Shown one piece after another: positions 37,204-46,792 of a DNA stretch of 64,000 nucleotides. Positions within the stretch are counted from its first letter, which is position 1; every line of letters begins with the position of its first letter. The position numbers and the translations under genes are program-made. Origin of the DNA: Clostridia bacterium. GTDB taxonomy: Bacteria > Bacillota > Clostridia > Oscillospirales > Acutalibacteraceae. A model generated the notes under the pieces. The model was not told the origin of the DNA and made no database searches. It saw only the letters and a program-made list of their open reading frames with translations. Where the stretch lies: positions 1,834 to 65,833 of the forward strand of contig JAFXJO010000096.1 in assembly GCA_017532185.1 (NCBI GenBank), written 5' to 3'.

Positions 37204-38586
37204 TTATGCTTTCTTACCCTTCGAAAGCATAACGTTCATAAGAATGCCGAGGATAAGTGCGGTTGCGATTGCGGTGATTCTGATTGCACCGAAATCAAGA
37301 ACAAGACCGCCGATACCTGCGATAAGAATAACCGAAACAACAAAGAGGTTTCTGTTATCTTCAAGGTCAACCTTCTGCACCATCTTGAGACCGCTGACTG
37401 CGATGAAGCCGTAAAGAGCCATGCAAACGCCGCCCATTACGCAGGAGGGAATTGAATTAAGGAAAACAACAAAAGGAGAGATAAACGAAATTACCATTGC
37501 AAGAATTGCAGTTGTTATAATTGTTGCAACGGATGCATTGCGTGTGATTGCAACGCAGGCAACGCTTTCGCCATAGGTTGTGTTGGGGCAACCGCCGAAC
37601 ACGGCACCAACCATTGAGCCTACGCCGTCACCGAGAAGAGTTCTGTGGAGACCGGGGTCTTTGAGAAGGTCTTTATCGATAATTGAAGAAATGTTTTTAT
37701 GGTCAGCAATATGCTCTGCAAAAACAACGAAAGCAACGGGAACATATGCGGCGGCAAGAGATGCGATGAATGCGCCGTCAATTTCCTTGAAGCCCTTAAT
37801 CGCCTGAACAAAAGTGAAGTCGGGAACGGTAATTGCGCCCATATTTTCAAAAAGACCGAAGTTGATGATTCTGAGGGCATCGTTGCCGGTTTTAATTCCG
37901 ATTACGGTAAATACCGCAGCAAGAGCATAACCCGAAACAATACCGATGATGAAAGGAATGAGCTTAATGCCCTTCTTGCCGTAAACCGAGCAAAGAACGG
38001 TTACGCCGAGAGTTACAAGACCGCAAATAATTGCGATAAAAGGGTTAGCTGTGGGTGTTGCAACCATATTTTCAACAAATTCATTGTCAATAATCTGTTT
38101 GGTCAGAACGTCAACAGTGTAGCTGCCCTTCTGGAGGTCGCCGATTGCATTGCCTGCAAGCGAAAGACCGATAAGAGCAACAGTAGGACCGATAACCTGC
38201 TTGGGCATAAGCTTATCAACCCATTTAACACCTGCGAATTTAACGATTGCTGAAATTATAACGTAAACAAGACCTGCAAATATTGCGCCGATAATAAGAC
38301 CTGCATAGCCCTTACTCATTGCAACGCCGCCTGCAAAGGCAACGGGCATTGAATTGAGAAAAGCAAATGAAGAACCAAGGAAAACAGGGCTTCTGCCTTT
38401 GGTAAAGAGCACGTAGACCAGCGTACCTACGCCTGCACCGAAAAGTGCGGCAGAGGGCTGCATTCCGTTGCCGATAATCATGGGAACGGCAACCGTTGCC
38501 GCCATAATGGCAAGAAGCTGCTGGAAAGCAAAAACAATGAGCTGACCGAATTTGGGCTTGTCCTTGATGTTGTAAACAAGTTTCAT
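37204..38586 (-). CDS. Uracil/xanthine permease (NCS2, UraA/PyrP-like)
   Basis: PVFLGSSFAF, EHIADH, DPGLHRTLLGDG, PNTTYGE; start re-assigned after GGAGG. Confidence 0.9.
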   Translation of the reverse strand: MKLVYNIKDKPKFGQLIVFAFQQLLAIMAATVAVPMIIGNGMQPSAALFGAGVGTLVYVLFTKGRSPVFLGSSFAFLNSMPVAFAGGVAMSKGYAGLIIGAIFAGLVYVIISAIVKFAGVKWVDKLMPKQVIGPTVALIGLSLAGNAIGDLQKGSYTVDVLTKQIIDNEFVENMVATPTANPFIAIICGLVTLGVTVLCSVYGKKGIKLIPFIIGIVSGYALAAVFTVIGIKTGNDALRIINFGLFENMGAITVPDFTFVQAIKGFKEIDGAFIASLAAAYVPVAFVVFAEHIADHKNISSIIDKDLLKDPGLHRTLLGDGVGSMVGAVFGGCPNTTYGESVACVAITRNASVATIITTAILAMVISFISPFVVFLNSIPSCVMGGVCMALYGFIAVSGLKMVQKVDLEDNRNLFVVSVILIAGIGGLVLDFGAIRITAIATALILGILMNVMLSKGKKA

Positions 38587-38832
38587 TTTCTGACCTCCGT
38601 ATAAATTGATGGGAGTTGCTGATATCATTTTATCACGCTGTTTCTTCTTTGTAAACTGTTTTGCGGCAGAAAGTGACACATTATTTGAGCAAAAATAATT
38701 GATTGAACTGTTAATTTCAAAACAAAAATTATGATATCCTACAAAAATTTTTCTTTCGCTTGACTTTGCTCTTTCGGTGTGCTATATCTTAATAGGTTTA
38801 AAATAAATAAAAAAAGAAATCAGGCGAATTAT

Positions 38833-40113
38833 ATGAACACTTTGTTATGTCTTTCAATCGCGCTCGCTGCAGGTCTTTTTATGAGCCGTCTCTCAAAGGT
38901 GCTCAACCTGCCCTCAGTTACAGCCTACCTCGTTGCAGGCATCATCGTTGGTCCTTACTGCCTCGGCAGACTCGGAATTGAAGGTCTGGGTTTTGTTTCG
39001 GGCGATAACGTTAAAGAATTTGAAATTATTTCAAACGTTGCTCTCGGCTTCATTGCTTTTGCCATCGGCAACGAGTTCAGACTCTCTCAGCTCAAGCAGG
39101 TCGGCAAAAAAGCAACCTTTATCGGTATCTTCCAGGCTCTTGTTGCAACGCTCTGCGTTGATGCGGCGCTCATCGGTCTGCATTTTATTCTCGGCGATAA
39201 GCTTCCCCTTCCCATGGCAATAACTCTCGGCGCTGTTGCGGCGGCAACTGCTCCTGCGGCAACTCTTATGGTTGTTCGTCAGTATAAGGCAAAGGGTAAG
39301 CTCACAGATTTGCTCCTGCCCATCGTTGCCATCGACGACGCTGTAGGTCTTATCATTTTTGCCGTTTCTTTCGGCGTTTCAAAAGCTCTTATTCACGGCG
39401 AATTCAGCCTGATAGCAATCGTTCTTGAGCCGATTCTTGAAATCGTTTGCTCTCTCGGTCTCGGTGCTCTTATGGGTGTGCTTTTCACATTCTGCGAAAA
39501 ATTCTTCAGTTCAAACAGCAAACGTCTGAGCCTTTCGATAACATTTGTTATTATGACCGTTGCAATTTCTATGATGAAATTTGAAATCGGCGGTGTTCAC
39601 ATCGGTTTCTCAACCCTCCTCGTTTGTATGATGCTCGGCACAATGTTCTGTAATCTCTGCGATTTCTCCGCAGAAATTATGGAAAAGACGGATAAATGGA
39701 CAAATCCCCTCTTCACCCTTTTCTTTGTTCTCAGCGGCGCAGAACTTGAGTTTGACGTTTTTTCAGACATAGCAATCATCGGCATCGGCATTGCTTACAT
39801 CGCCTCGCGTTCACTCGGTAAATATTACGGCGCATATGCAAGCGCAAAAATTTCTCATTGCGATAAGAGCACAACCAAATATCTTGGTATCACTCTTTTT
39901 CCCCAGGCAGGCGTTGCGCTCGGAATGAGCGTTACGGCAATGGAGCTTGGCGAAGTGGGCCATCTTATCAGAAACATCGTTCTCTTCTCTGTTCTCATTT
40001 ATGAGCTTGTCGGTCCCATGCTCACAAAAATCGCCCTCACAAAAGCAGGCGAAATCGCTCCCAAAGAGCCTCATCACCACAGAAAGAACAGAACTGCTCC
40101 CGCAAAAGTATAA
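38833..40113 (+). CDS. Cation:proton antiporter (CPA2 family)
   Basis: ATAPAAT, VAIDDA, FFVLSGA, PQAGVALG; many TMs. Confidence 0.85.
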   Translation: MNTLLCLSIALAAGLFMSRLSKVLNLPSVTAYLVAGIIVGPYCLGRLGIEGLGFVSGDNVKEFEIISNVALGFIAFAIGNEFRLSQLKQVGKKATFIGIFQALVATLCVDAALIGLHFILGDKLPLPMAITLGAVAAATAPAATLMVVRQYKAKGKLTDLLLPIVAIDDAVGLIIFAVSFGVSKALIHGEFSLIAIVLEPILEIVCSLGLGALMGVLFTFCEKFFSSNSKRLSLSITFVIMTVAISMMKFEIGGVHIGFSTLLVCMMLGTMFCNLCDFSAEIMEKTDKWTNPLFTLFFVLSGAELEFDVFSDIAIIGIGIAYIASRSLGKYYGAYASAKISHCDKSTTKYLGITLFPQAGVALGMSVTAMELGEVGHLIRNIVLFSVLIYELVGPMLTKIALTKAGEIAPKEPHHHRKNRTAPAKV

Positions 40114-40120
40114 TAACGAT

Positions 40121-40153
40121 AATCCTGCAGAGATTTCCTTTGCAGGATTTTTT
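40121..40153 (+). terminator. Intrinsic terminator
   Basis: AATCCTGCAGAG...CTTTGCAGGATT followed by Ts. Confidence 0.75.
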
Positions 40154-40225
40154 TATTTTTATGGTGCAATTAAGGAAAATATGTGTTATTATAAGTATAT
40201 CCTTAACCAGAAAGAAGGAAACGCT

Positions 40226-42142
40226 ATGAAAAAACTGATTTCTGTTCTTCTTTGCTTCGCAATGATTTTTGCAACCTGCGCAATCGGCGCAACCGCGCAA
40301 ATCTCAGAAGAAAGCAAAATCTCGGACTATCCCGTTATCATTGTTCCCGGCTACAGCGCAACAACGCTCTATATCGGTGACAGCTTTGAAACGGGCGAAA
40401 AGGTCTGGGGCCTTAATATGGACCTTATTCTTGAAAGAGTTCTTGCAAGAATCGTTGACCTTGGCATCGGTCTGGGTTCGGTTCTCACCGTTGGCAACGC
40501 AAAACTTATTGCCGAAACTCTTGGCGAAGAAATGGCGGTTATTTTTGAAAAAATCCGTTGCAACCCCGACGGTTCAAGCGCTTATGACGTTAAGCGCAAA
40601 TATGACACCGCCAAGAAAAGCAACAGCGCTTATATGCTTGAAAACCTGAAAGACGGAGACCCTGATGAGCGTCACGAGCAGGACATCGCTGCAGCTATCG
40701 CTGAGTACGTTGGTGTTGAAAACATCTATAACTTCACAAGCGACTTCCGAATGGGCGCAGAAACCTGCGCAAATTTGCTCCATGAGTTTATTCAGGACGT
40801 TAAAAAAGAAACAGGCAAAGATAAGGTAAATATCTTCTGCCTCAGCCACGGCGGTCAGGTTACCGCAACCTATCTCAGCCTCTACGGTCATCTCGGCGAC
40901 GTTGATAACGCCGTTCTCACCGTGCCTGCAATCGGCGGCGCAGGCATTCTCTATGATGCATTTAACTGCGATATAGATTTTGACGAAGAATGTCTTCTCC
41001 GCTTTATCGAACACGGAACAATGATTGAAGAAGACTATAACTGGCTTGTAAAAGCTCAGCAGCTCGGCTTTGTTGATAAAGTTCTTGAAGAGCTTATTCC
41101 TCATATCTTCCCGCTTCTCGGTTATTGGGGAAGCCTCTGGGATTTCTGCCCTGCAGATAAATATGACGAGCTCAAAGAAAGACTTCTTGACCCTGTTGAA
41201 AGCGCTCCGCTGATTGAAAAGAGCGACCGCTTCCACTATGAAATTCTGCCCTCAATCGGCGAAAAGCTGCAGGCGTGCATTGATGATTACGGTATGAATA
41301 TTACCATCATCTCGGGCACGGGCAACAGAATCGTTACCGGTCTTATGGAAAATTCCGACGGCATCATCACCACCAACGCTTCAACGGGCGCGCTCTGCGC
41401 ACCTCTGGGCGAAAGATTTGCTGACGGCTACGTGCAGAAGAATCCCTGCAACGGCAAAAACAAAATCAGCCCCGATATGGATATTGACGCTTCCACATCC
41501 TATCTGCCCGATAACACCTGGTTTGTTGACGGTCTTTTCCACGGTATGACGTTCAAAGACAGCTACACAAGCTCTCTTCTTCTCACAACTCTTTTGACCG
41601 ATGAGATAACCGACGTTTACAGTAACCCCGATTATCCGCAGTTCAGAGATACTTCGAACCCCTCTCACGCCGTTTACGCCGAATTCAACACCGCAGACCC
41701 CGGCATTCTTGACGGCAATGCCACAAGCCTTATCATCACAAACTGCAGTCTTATAAACGACGTTAAGCTCACAGCAATCCACGTTGACGGACTTGACATA
41801 AAGTTTAATCTTGAAAAAGTTACCCTGGCTCCCGGCGAAAGCGTTGAAGTTCCGTTTGAAGGAACCGTTCCCGAGGTAAGCAAAAAGGTGTTCAGCATCA
41901 CGATTTATTATAACAACGGTTCCGTAACGCCTCTCGGCTACAGAACCCAGAACTTCAACATCAGTAACGGCAACGCCGTTGATTATGAAGGCGGCACCGT
42001 TGACGCTTCAGCAAAAACTCCGTTCGACGAAATCATCGGCGAAGGCTTTGCAAAAATTCTCAAAAATCTTGGCTTCTATGAGCTTTTCTCTATGCTCTAC
42101 ACCTTGATTTTCTACAGCATCGTTTCAATTTTTAATAAATAA
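40226..42142 (+). CDS. Secreted alpha/beta-hydrolase (LCAT/lipase-like)
   Basis: Start re-assigned to MKKLISVLL signal peptide; IIVPG, DFR, C-L-S-H-G nucleophile elbow, SDG, FHG. Confidence 0.75.
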   Translation: MKKLISVLLCFAMIFATCAIGATAQISEESKISDYPVIIVPGYSATTLYIGDSFETGEKVWGLNMDLILERVLARIVDLGIGLGSVLTVGNAKLIAETLGEEMAVIFEKIRCNPDGSSAYDVKRKYDTAKKSNSAYMLENLKDGDPDERHEQDIAAAIAEYVGVENIYNFTSDFRMGAETCANLLHEFIQDVKKETGKDKVNIFCLSHGGQVTATYLSLYGHLGDVDNAVLTVPAIGGAGILYDAFNCDIDFDEECLLRFIEHGTMIEEDYNWLVKAQQLGFVDKVLEELIPHIFPLLGYWGSLWDFCPADKYDELKERLLDPVESAPLIEKSDRFHYEILPSIGEKLQACIDDYGMNITIISGTGNRIVTGLMENSDGIITTNASTGALCAPLGERFADGYVQKNPCNGKNKISPDMDIDASTSYLPDNTWFVDGLFHGMTFKDSYTSSLLLTTLLTDEITDVYSNPDYPQFRDTSNPSHAVYAEFNTADPGILDGNATSLIITNCSLINDVKLTAIHVDGLDIKFNLEKVTLAPGESVEVPFEGTVPEVSKKVFSITIYYNNGSVTPLGYRTQNFNISNGNAVDYEGGTVDASAKTPFDEIIGEGFAKILKNLGFYELFSMLYTLIFYSIVSIFNK

Positions 42143-42145
42143 GCC

Positions 42146-42178
42146 AACACACCCCGAGAATAATCTCGGGGTGTGTTT
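42146..42178. terminator. Bidirectional terminator
   Basis: AACACACCCCGAGA-ataa-TCTCGGGGTGTGTT. Confidence 0.8.
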
Positions 42179-42190
42179 ACGTTTGGAGTA

Positions 42191-43054
42191 TTATTTTTTA
42201 AATCTTGAAAAGAAACCGCCCGAAGCGTTTTCTTCTTTTTCGCTGCCTGCGCAAAAACGGTTTTTGCTGTCATCGGCAGAAATTTTGCCGAGATATTTGA
42301 GCTTACTATCAACCGAATTCTTGGCATCAAGCTTTTCTTCGATTTCGCTGAAAGAGATGTATTCGCTTCTCTTATGCTTGAAGATAAAGGTGTTTCTTAT
42401 AAAGTGACGCGAATCCTTTGTCTGTTCTTCTGTCCATTTATGAACACAAGGTCTGTTCCAGAAAAGACCCTCTCTGATCTTCTTTGCAGGGTTACCTGCC
42501 CAGGAAGAATTCGCACCGATTTTTTTGTTTGAAACTACGCTCATTGCACCAATGATACTGCCCGATTCAATCTGCGTTCCTTTGAGAATCATCGCCGACT
42601 GACCTATCCAGACGTGGTCACCGATATAAATGCTCTTGGTGGGATTGATTCTCTTATGGCTTTCAGCATCATAAATCAGGTGCGGGTCCGCATTTCTTAT
42701 CCAGATTCCGAAAGAAAGCAGACAGTCGTTGCCGATGAAGAGGTGCTTCTGCTCCGAGAGAATAACGTTCATCACGCCGTTATAATAGTTGTTTTTGCCT
42801 GAATAAAAAACGTTATCGTTATAAACGTTGAGGTTAAGCTTATATTCGTTATTGTTTTCGCAAAGATAGACAATCGCGTTATCAGCGTTAAAATTAATAA
42901 CCGTGTTATTGAGCTTTACTCTTTTTTCACAAAAAAGCACGTTGTTTTTGCCCGAAAAGGTTATTGAAGAATTCACCATCTCGGGAGTTTCGCCTATAAA
43001 GCGGTTGCCGTCTTCAAGAGAAGCAAGCATCGCAGACTCTGTTACTTTAATCAT
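42191..43054 (-). CDS. Hexapeptide-repeat (LbH) O-acyltransferase
   Basis: IGNDCLLS, RNADPH, IGDHVWIG, WAGNPAK. Confidence 0.85.
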   Translation of the reverse strand: MIKVTESAMLASLEDGNRFIGETPEMVNSSITFSGKNNVLFCEKRVKLNNTVINFNADNAIVYLCENNNEYKLNLNVYNDNVFYSGKNNYYNGVMNVILSEQKHLFIGNDCLLSFGIWIRNADPHLIYDAESHKRINPTKSIYIGDHVWIGQSAMILKGTQIESGSIIGAMSVVSNKKIGANSSWAGNPAKKIREGLFWNRPCVHKWTEEQTKDSRHFIRNTFIFKHKRSEYISFSEIEEKLDAKNSVDSKLKYLGKISADDSKNRFCAGSEKEENASGGFFSRFKK

Positions 43055-43082
43055 TTGTGTTTTCCTCCGTCGGGAATCAGTT

Positions 43083-43940
43083 TTATGAATCTCTGTTTTT
43101 GATATGAAGACCGAGAATACTCACAACGGTGCATACAAGAGAAATGCCGATGCACGCAAGCCAGGAGCCGAGAACGTTATACCACTCATTATCATAAGCA
43201 TCAACAGGCTCAAAGCAATCCTGAAGCACTTCAACAATCATCGGATTGTCCTTGATTTCGGTAACAATTTTGGAATCAAGAATATTGATGTTACCCGTTG
43301 CGCCGAAAGCAGACATACCCCATTTGCTGTAAGTTACGTTTGCAAACACGTCGGCAACGCCCTTGAGTTCAAAAAGAACGCCACTCATAATGAGCTGAAT
43401 GATAAGCACAAAGGGCATTATCGTCATTGCGGTTGTGGGGTTACCTGAAATTGAAGAAACCATTATTCCGAGCACCGCCGAACCGAAGGTGAGAAGATAC
43501 ATTGTTACGAAATATTCCATAAGCGCCGGCAGAAACACGCCGTCCATCGGGCAACGCTCAAAGAAACCGAAGATAAGACAAATAAGAAACATCAGCACCG
43601 TCTGAACAAGGCAAAGCACCGCCTGCCACATAACGTTTGCGGTTATATAAGAAGAAAGATTCATACCCTGCCTGTATTCCGAACGGATGATATCGTGTTC
43701 CTTGCAGATGCTCTGAATGGAATTGAAGATGCCGAGCCAGATGCAGGCTGACGCCAGCGTGAAGAAGCCCGATTTTGTCTGCTCAAAAGTTTCAAACATA
43801 TTCTCGCCCGTAACAGCAGCAACGATTGTTGCAATAACAGCGGCGAAAAGAATGAATTTCCATACCTTTTCTCTTATTGCGATACGCGAAATTTTGCCGA
43901 AATAAACTTTCGTCTGTTTTGCATATGATACACTATTCAA
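43083..43940 (-). CDS. ABC-2 type transporter permease
   Basis: IWLGIFNSIQSICKE..I.RSEY (ABCG-like TMD); about 6 TMs; overlaps the FHA-ABC stop. Confidence 0.85.
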   Translation of the reverse strand: MNSVSYAKQTKVYFGKISRIAIREKVWKFILFAAVIATIVAAVTGENMFETFEQTKSGFFTLASACIWLGIFNSIQSICKEHDIIRSEYRQGMNLSSYITANVMWQAVLCLVQTVLMFLICLIFGFFERCPMDGVFLPALMEYFVTMYLLTFGSAVLGIMVSSISGNPTTAMTIMPFVLIIQLIMSGVLFELKGVADVFANVTYSKWGMSAFGATGNINILDSKIVTEIKDNPMIVEVLQDCFEPVDAYDNEWYNVLGSWLACIGISLVCTVVSILGLHIKNRDS

Positions 43941-45486
43941 CCCACTTACCTGCCTTTACTGCCAAATATTTATCGATATAGTAATCAGCTCTGCCTTTGC
44001 CGCCCTCGTGAGGAGGATTGATTTCTTTCATAATATCCTGAAGTCTGCTGACACCGAAATACCTCAGCGCATCATAGGGATTGCCGAAGAAAGCAAGATG
44101 ACCCGCATTATCGCGGCTCGATTTTGCAAGCACGATAACCTTGGTGAAGAGGATTTCGTTTGTTGCCGTGTTAACAGCGTCATCGGGCTCGTGAGAAATG
44201 ACCATAACGATTTTGCCGTTATTTGAAATTTCTTTGAGAATTTCCATCTGCTGAACTCTTGACGCCGCATCAAGTCCCGAGTCAGGTTCATCGCAGATGA
44301 AAACTTTCTGGAAGCCGACAAGCTGAGCCGCAACCGAGACCTTCTTTTTCTGTCCGCCCGAAAGCTGCCTGATAAGATGGTTCTCAAGGTTTTTAACGCC
44401 AACCTTTTCCATAACGTCATCAATTCGCTTCTGCATATCTTCTTTTGAATAATATTTGCTGTCCAGCTTTATCTGGGCAATATCCATAAGTGTCTGGTTG
44501 ACCTTATCGTTAAGACGCAGGTTAACAAACTGAGGCACAAGACCGATTTGCGATTTCATTGTTTTGAAATTCTGGTAAAGATTCTGTCCGTCAAGAATAA
44601 CCTCACCCTCTGCCTTGCCGTCACCGAGAATGGCATTAACAAGCGTTGTTTTGCCTGCGCCCGAGCCGCCGAGAATGAGAATAAAATCGCCCGCATCTGC
44701 TTCGAAGCGGATATCCTTGATGAGAGTTTTCTTGCCGAAGTTTACGTCCTTCTTGGCAATATAAACCGAAAGTGTGCCCGACCTTTCTCCGGGATTGTTA
44801 TAGAGAATATCGTTTCCCATAACCACGAGCATTGTGTTCGCAATTTTTATAACGTCAAAATTATAAAGCGGTCTGGGATTAAAAAGCATAACGCCGTTAA
44901 CAAAGGTTTTGTTCTGACTGCCTCTGTCATAAATCACCATGCCCGAGGGAGTGACGTTGATAAGAGCGTGCTCTCGGGAAGACATCATATCCTGCAGGCA
45001 GATTGTGTTTTGCTTGCCTCTGCCGATTGTGACGCTGCCTTGCGCGCTGACGTTTCTGAAGGTTTCCCATTTCTCATCAGGTTTCATGCTGCGGCTGAAA
45101 ACCATAAGCACAGCCTGGGGGTGCGGATTATTCAATGTAGAAGCATCGATGCGGATAACGTCGCCGTCAGAAAGTCTGAAAGGCTGAGTTCCTCTCTCGT
45201 TAAAAGGCGGAAGCTTATAGCCGTTTATGTAAGTGCCGTTTGTTGAATTGTTATCGATATAATAATAGGCATCGTTTGCGCTGTCATAAACAAATTCGCC
45301 GTGACGTCTGCCGGCTATTCCCGACTGCACGCGGATATCCGTTGTTGCATTTTCGTAGTCTCTGCCGACGGTCATACTGCCTATAAGCGGAATCATCATC
45401 GGCTGTCTGCGGCTGTCAACAAGCAAGAGCGTTGCCGTTCTCGCCTGTATCGGCTTGGGCGCATAATAAACTGTTGAATCGTTCAT
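43933..45486 (-). CDS. FHA-FHA-ABC ATPase
   Basis: Two FHA domains (GR..RRH..STNGT; GR..SREH..NKT); GGSGAGKT, LSGGQ, CDEPDSGLD, SH. Confidence 0.88.
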   Translation of the reverse strand: MNDSTVYYAPKPIQARTATLLLVDSRRQPMMIPLIGSMTVGRDYENATTDIRVQSGIAGRRHGEFVYDSANDAYYYIDNNSTNGTYINGYKLPPFNERGTQPFRLSDGDVIRIDASTLNNPHPQAVLMVFSRSMKPDEKWETFRNVSAQGSVTIGRGKQNTICLQDMMSSREHALINVTPSGMVIYDRGSQNKTFVNGVMLFNPRPLYNFDVIKIANTMLVVMGNDILYNNPGERSGTLSVYIAKKDVNFGKKTLIKDIRFEADAGDFILILGGSGAGKTTLVNAILGDGKAEGEVILDGQNLYQNFKTMKSQIGLVPQFVNLRLNDKVNQTLMDIAQIKLDSKYYSKEDMQKRIDDVMEKVGVKNLENHLIRQLSGGQKKKVSVAAQLVGFQKVFICDEPDSGLDAASRVQQMEILKEISNNGKIVMVISHEPDDAVNTATNEILFTKVIVLAKSSRDNAGHLAFFGNPYDALRYFGVSRLQDIMKEINPPHEGGKGRADYYIDKYLAVKAGKWVE

Positions 45487-45500
45487 ATTTTTACCCCTCG

Positions 45501-46670
45501 TTATTTTTTTATCAGCTGAACCACGCATTCTATATGATTTGTGTGCGGAAACATATCAACGGGTTGGATTGCTTTTACCTTATATCCTTTTTTGGTAAGC
45601 AACTGTAAATCTCTTGCAAGCGTTTCAGGGTTGCAGGAGATATAAACCACTCTATCGGGAGCCATTTTCGCAAGCGATTCAATGAATTTTTTGCTGCTGC
45701 CTGCTCTGGGAGGGTCCATAAACACAACGTCTGCGCTCTCGCCCTCTTCGGAAAGCATTTCCATAAAATCGCCCGCATCAGCGCAATAGAACCTTGCATT
45801 TTTCATTGAGTTGCGCTTGCAGTTTGAAATTGCATCCTTAACGGCATCGGGGTTAAGCTCAACGCCGATAACCTCGCCTGCCGTTTTTGCGGCAACAAGA
45901 CCGATTGTGCCGATGCCGCAATATGCATCAATAACTCTTGATTTTGCATCAAGGTGTGCAAATTCCATCGCTTTATTATAAAGTTTTTCGGTCTGCACGG
46001 GATTTATCTGATAAAACGATTTCGGCGATATTCTGAAAACACAGCCGCAAAGTGTATCTTCAATATATCCGTCGCCAAAGAGCACCTCTTCTTTATCGCC
46101 GAGAACAAGATTTGTGTCTTTGGAATTAATGTTGAGCACAACCGTTGTTATCTCGGGATGTTTTTCAAGCAAGGCGGCTGTGAATTTTTTCTTCATCGGA
46201 AAATATCCGCTTGAGCCGACAATCACAACCATAACCTCGCCGCTTGTGAAGCCTCTTTTGACAAGAACGTGACGCAGAAAGCCCGTTCCCTTATCTTCAT
46301 CGTAAGTCCAGATTTTGAATTTGGGCACCATTTCTCTGATATCAACGATGATTTTATCGGCAATTTCGTCTTCGGTCATACATGAATCAACCGAAACGAT
46401 TCTGTGACTGCCCGACTGATAAACACCCGATATAATTTTGCCGCTTTTTGTTCTGCCGAAAGCCGCCTGAACCTTGTTGCGGTAATGATAAGGCTCGTCC
46501 ATACCGATGATTTTTGAAACCTTGCCGAACTTTTTGAGAAGAATCTCGCATCTTGCCTGCTTCCATCTGAGCTGGCGGTCATAGGTCATATTCTGAAGCT
46601 GACAGCCGCCGCATTTTTTGGCAAGCGGACAGGCATCGGGATTTGTTTTTAAATTTGAGGTCTGTGACAT
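45501..46670 (-). CDS. rlmD: 23S rRNA (uracil-5)-methyltransferase RlmD
   Basis: CPLAKKCGGC, YRNK, SFYQIN, DPPRAG, YISCNP, DMFPHT. Confidence 0.92.
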   Translation of the reverse strand: MSQTSNLKTNPDACPLAKKCGGCQLQNMTYDRQLRWKQARCEILLKKFGKVSKIIGMDEPYHYRNKVQAAFGRTKSGKIISGVYQSGSHRIVSVDSCMTEDEIADKIIVDIREMVPKFKIWTYDEDKGTGFLRHVLVKRGFTSGEVMVVIVGSSGYFPMKKKFTAALLEKHPEITTVVLNINSKDTNLVLGDKEEVLFGDGYIEDTLCGCVFRISPKSFYQINPVQTEKLYNKAMEFAHLDAKSRVIDAYCGIGTIGLVAAKTAGEVIGVELNPDAVKDAISNCKRNSMKNARFYCADAGDFMEMLSEEGESADVVFMDPPRAGSSKKFIESLAKMAPDRVVYISCNPETLARDLQLLTKKGYKVKAIQPVDMFPHTNHIECVVQLIKK

Positions 46671-46686
46671 AATGCACCTCTTTTTG

Positions 46687-46741
46687 AGTGAATAGTAAAT
46701 AATGAAAAGTGAGGGGTTATGGGTGGGCGTTGCCCGCATCC
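46687..46741 (-). repeat. Intergenic heptamer-array + palindrome repeat (copy A)
   Basis: AGTGAAT-AGTAAAT-AATGAAA-AGTGAGG next to GGGTGGGCGTTGCCCGCATCC; the core matches 62395-62415 at 20/21 nt. Confidence 0.75.
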
Positions 46742-46792
46742 GATTTTGTTATTATTGTATCTGCGTGAAACTGTTTTCTGTAATACGCATTA

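Noticed and set aside
38587-38660. PyrR attenuator or purine riboswitch upstream of the NCS2 permease
   Set aside because: The promoter-like TTTACA-N17-TAAAAT leaves only a short leader with no terminator or binding loop.
39947-40225. 93-aa N-terminal extension of the hydrolase ORF
   Set aside because: Overlaps the antiporter and its terminator; the RBS and signal peptide point to ATG 40226.
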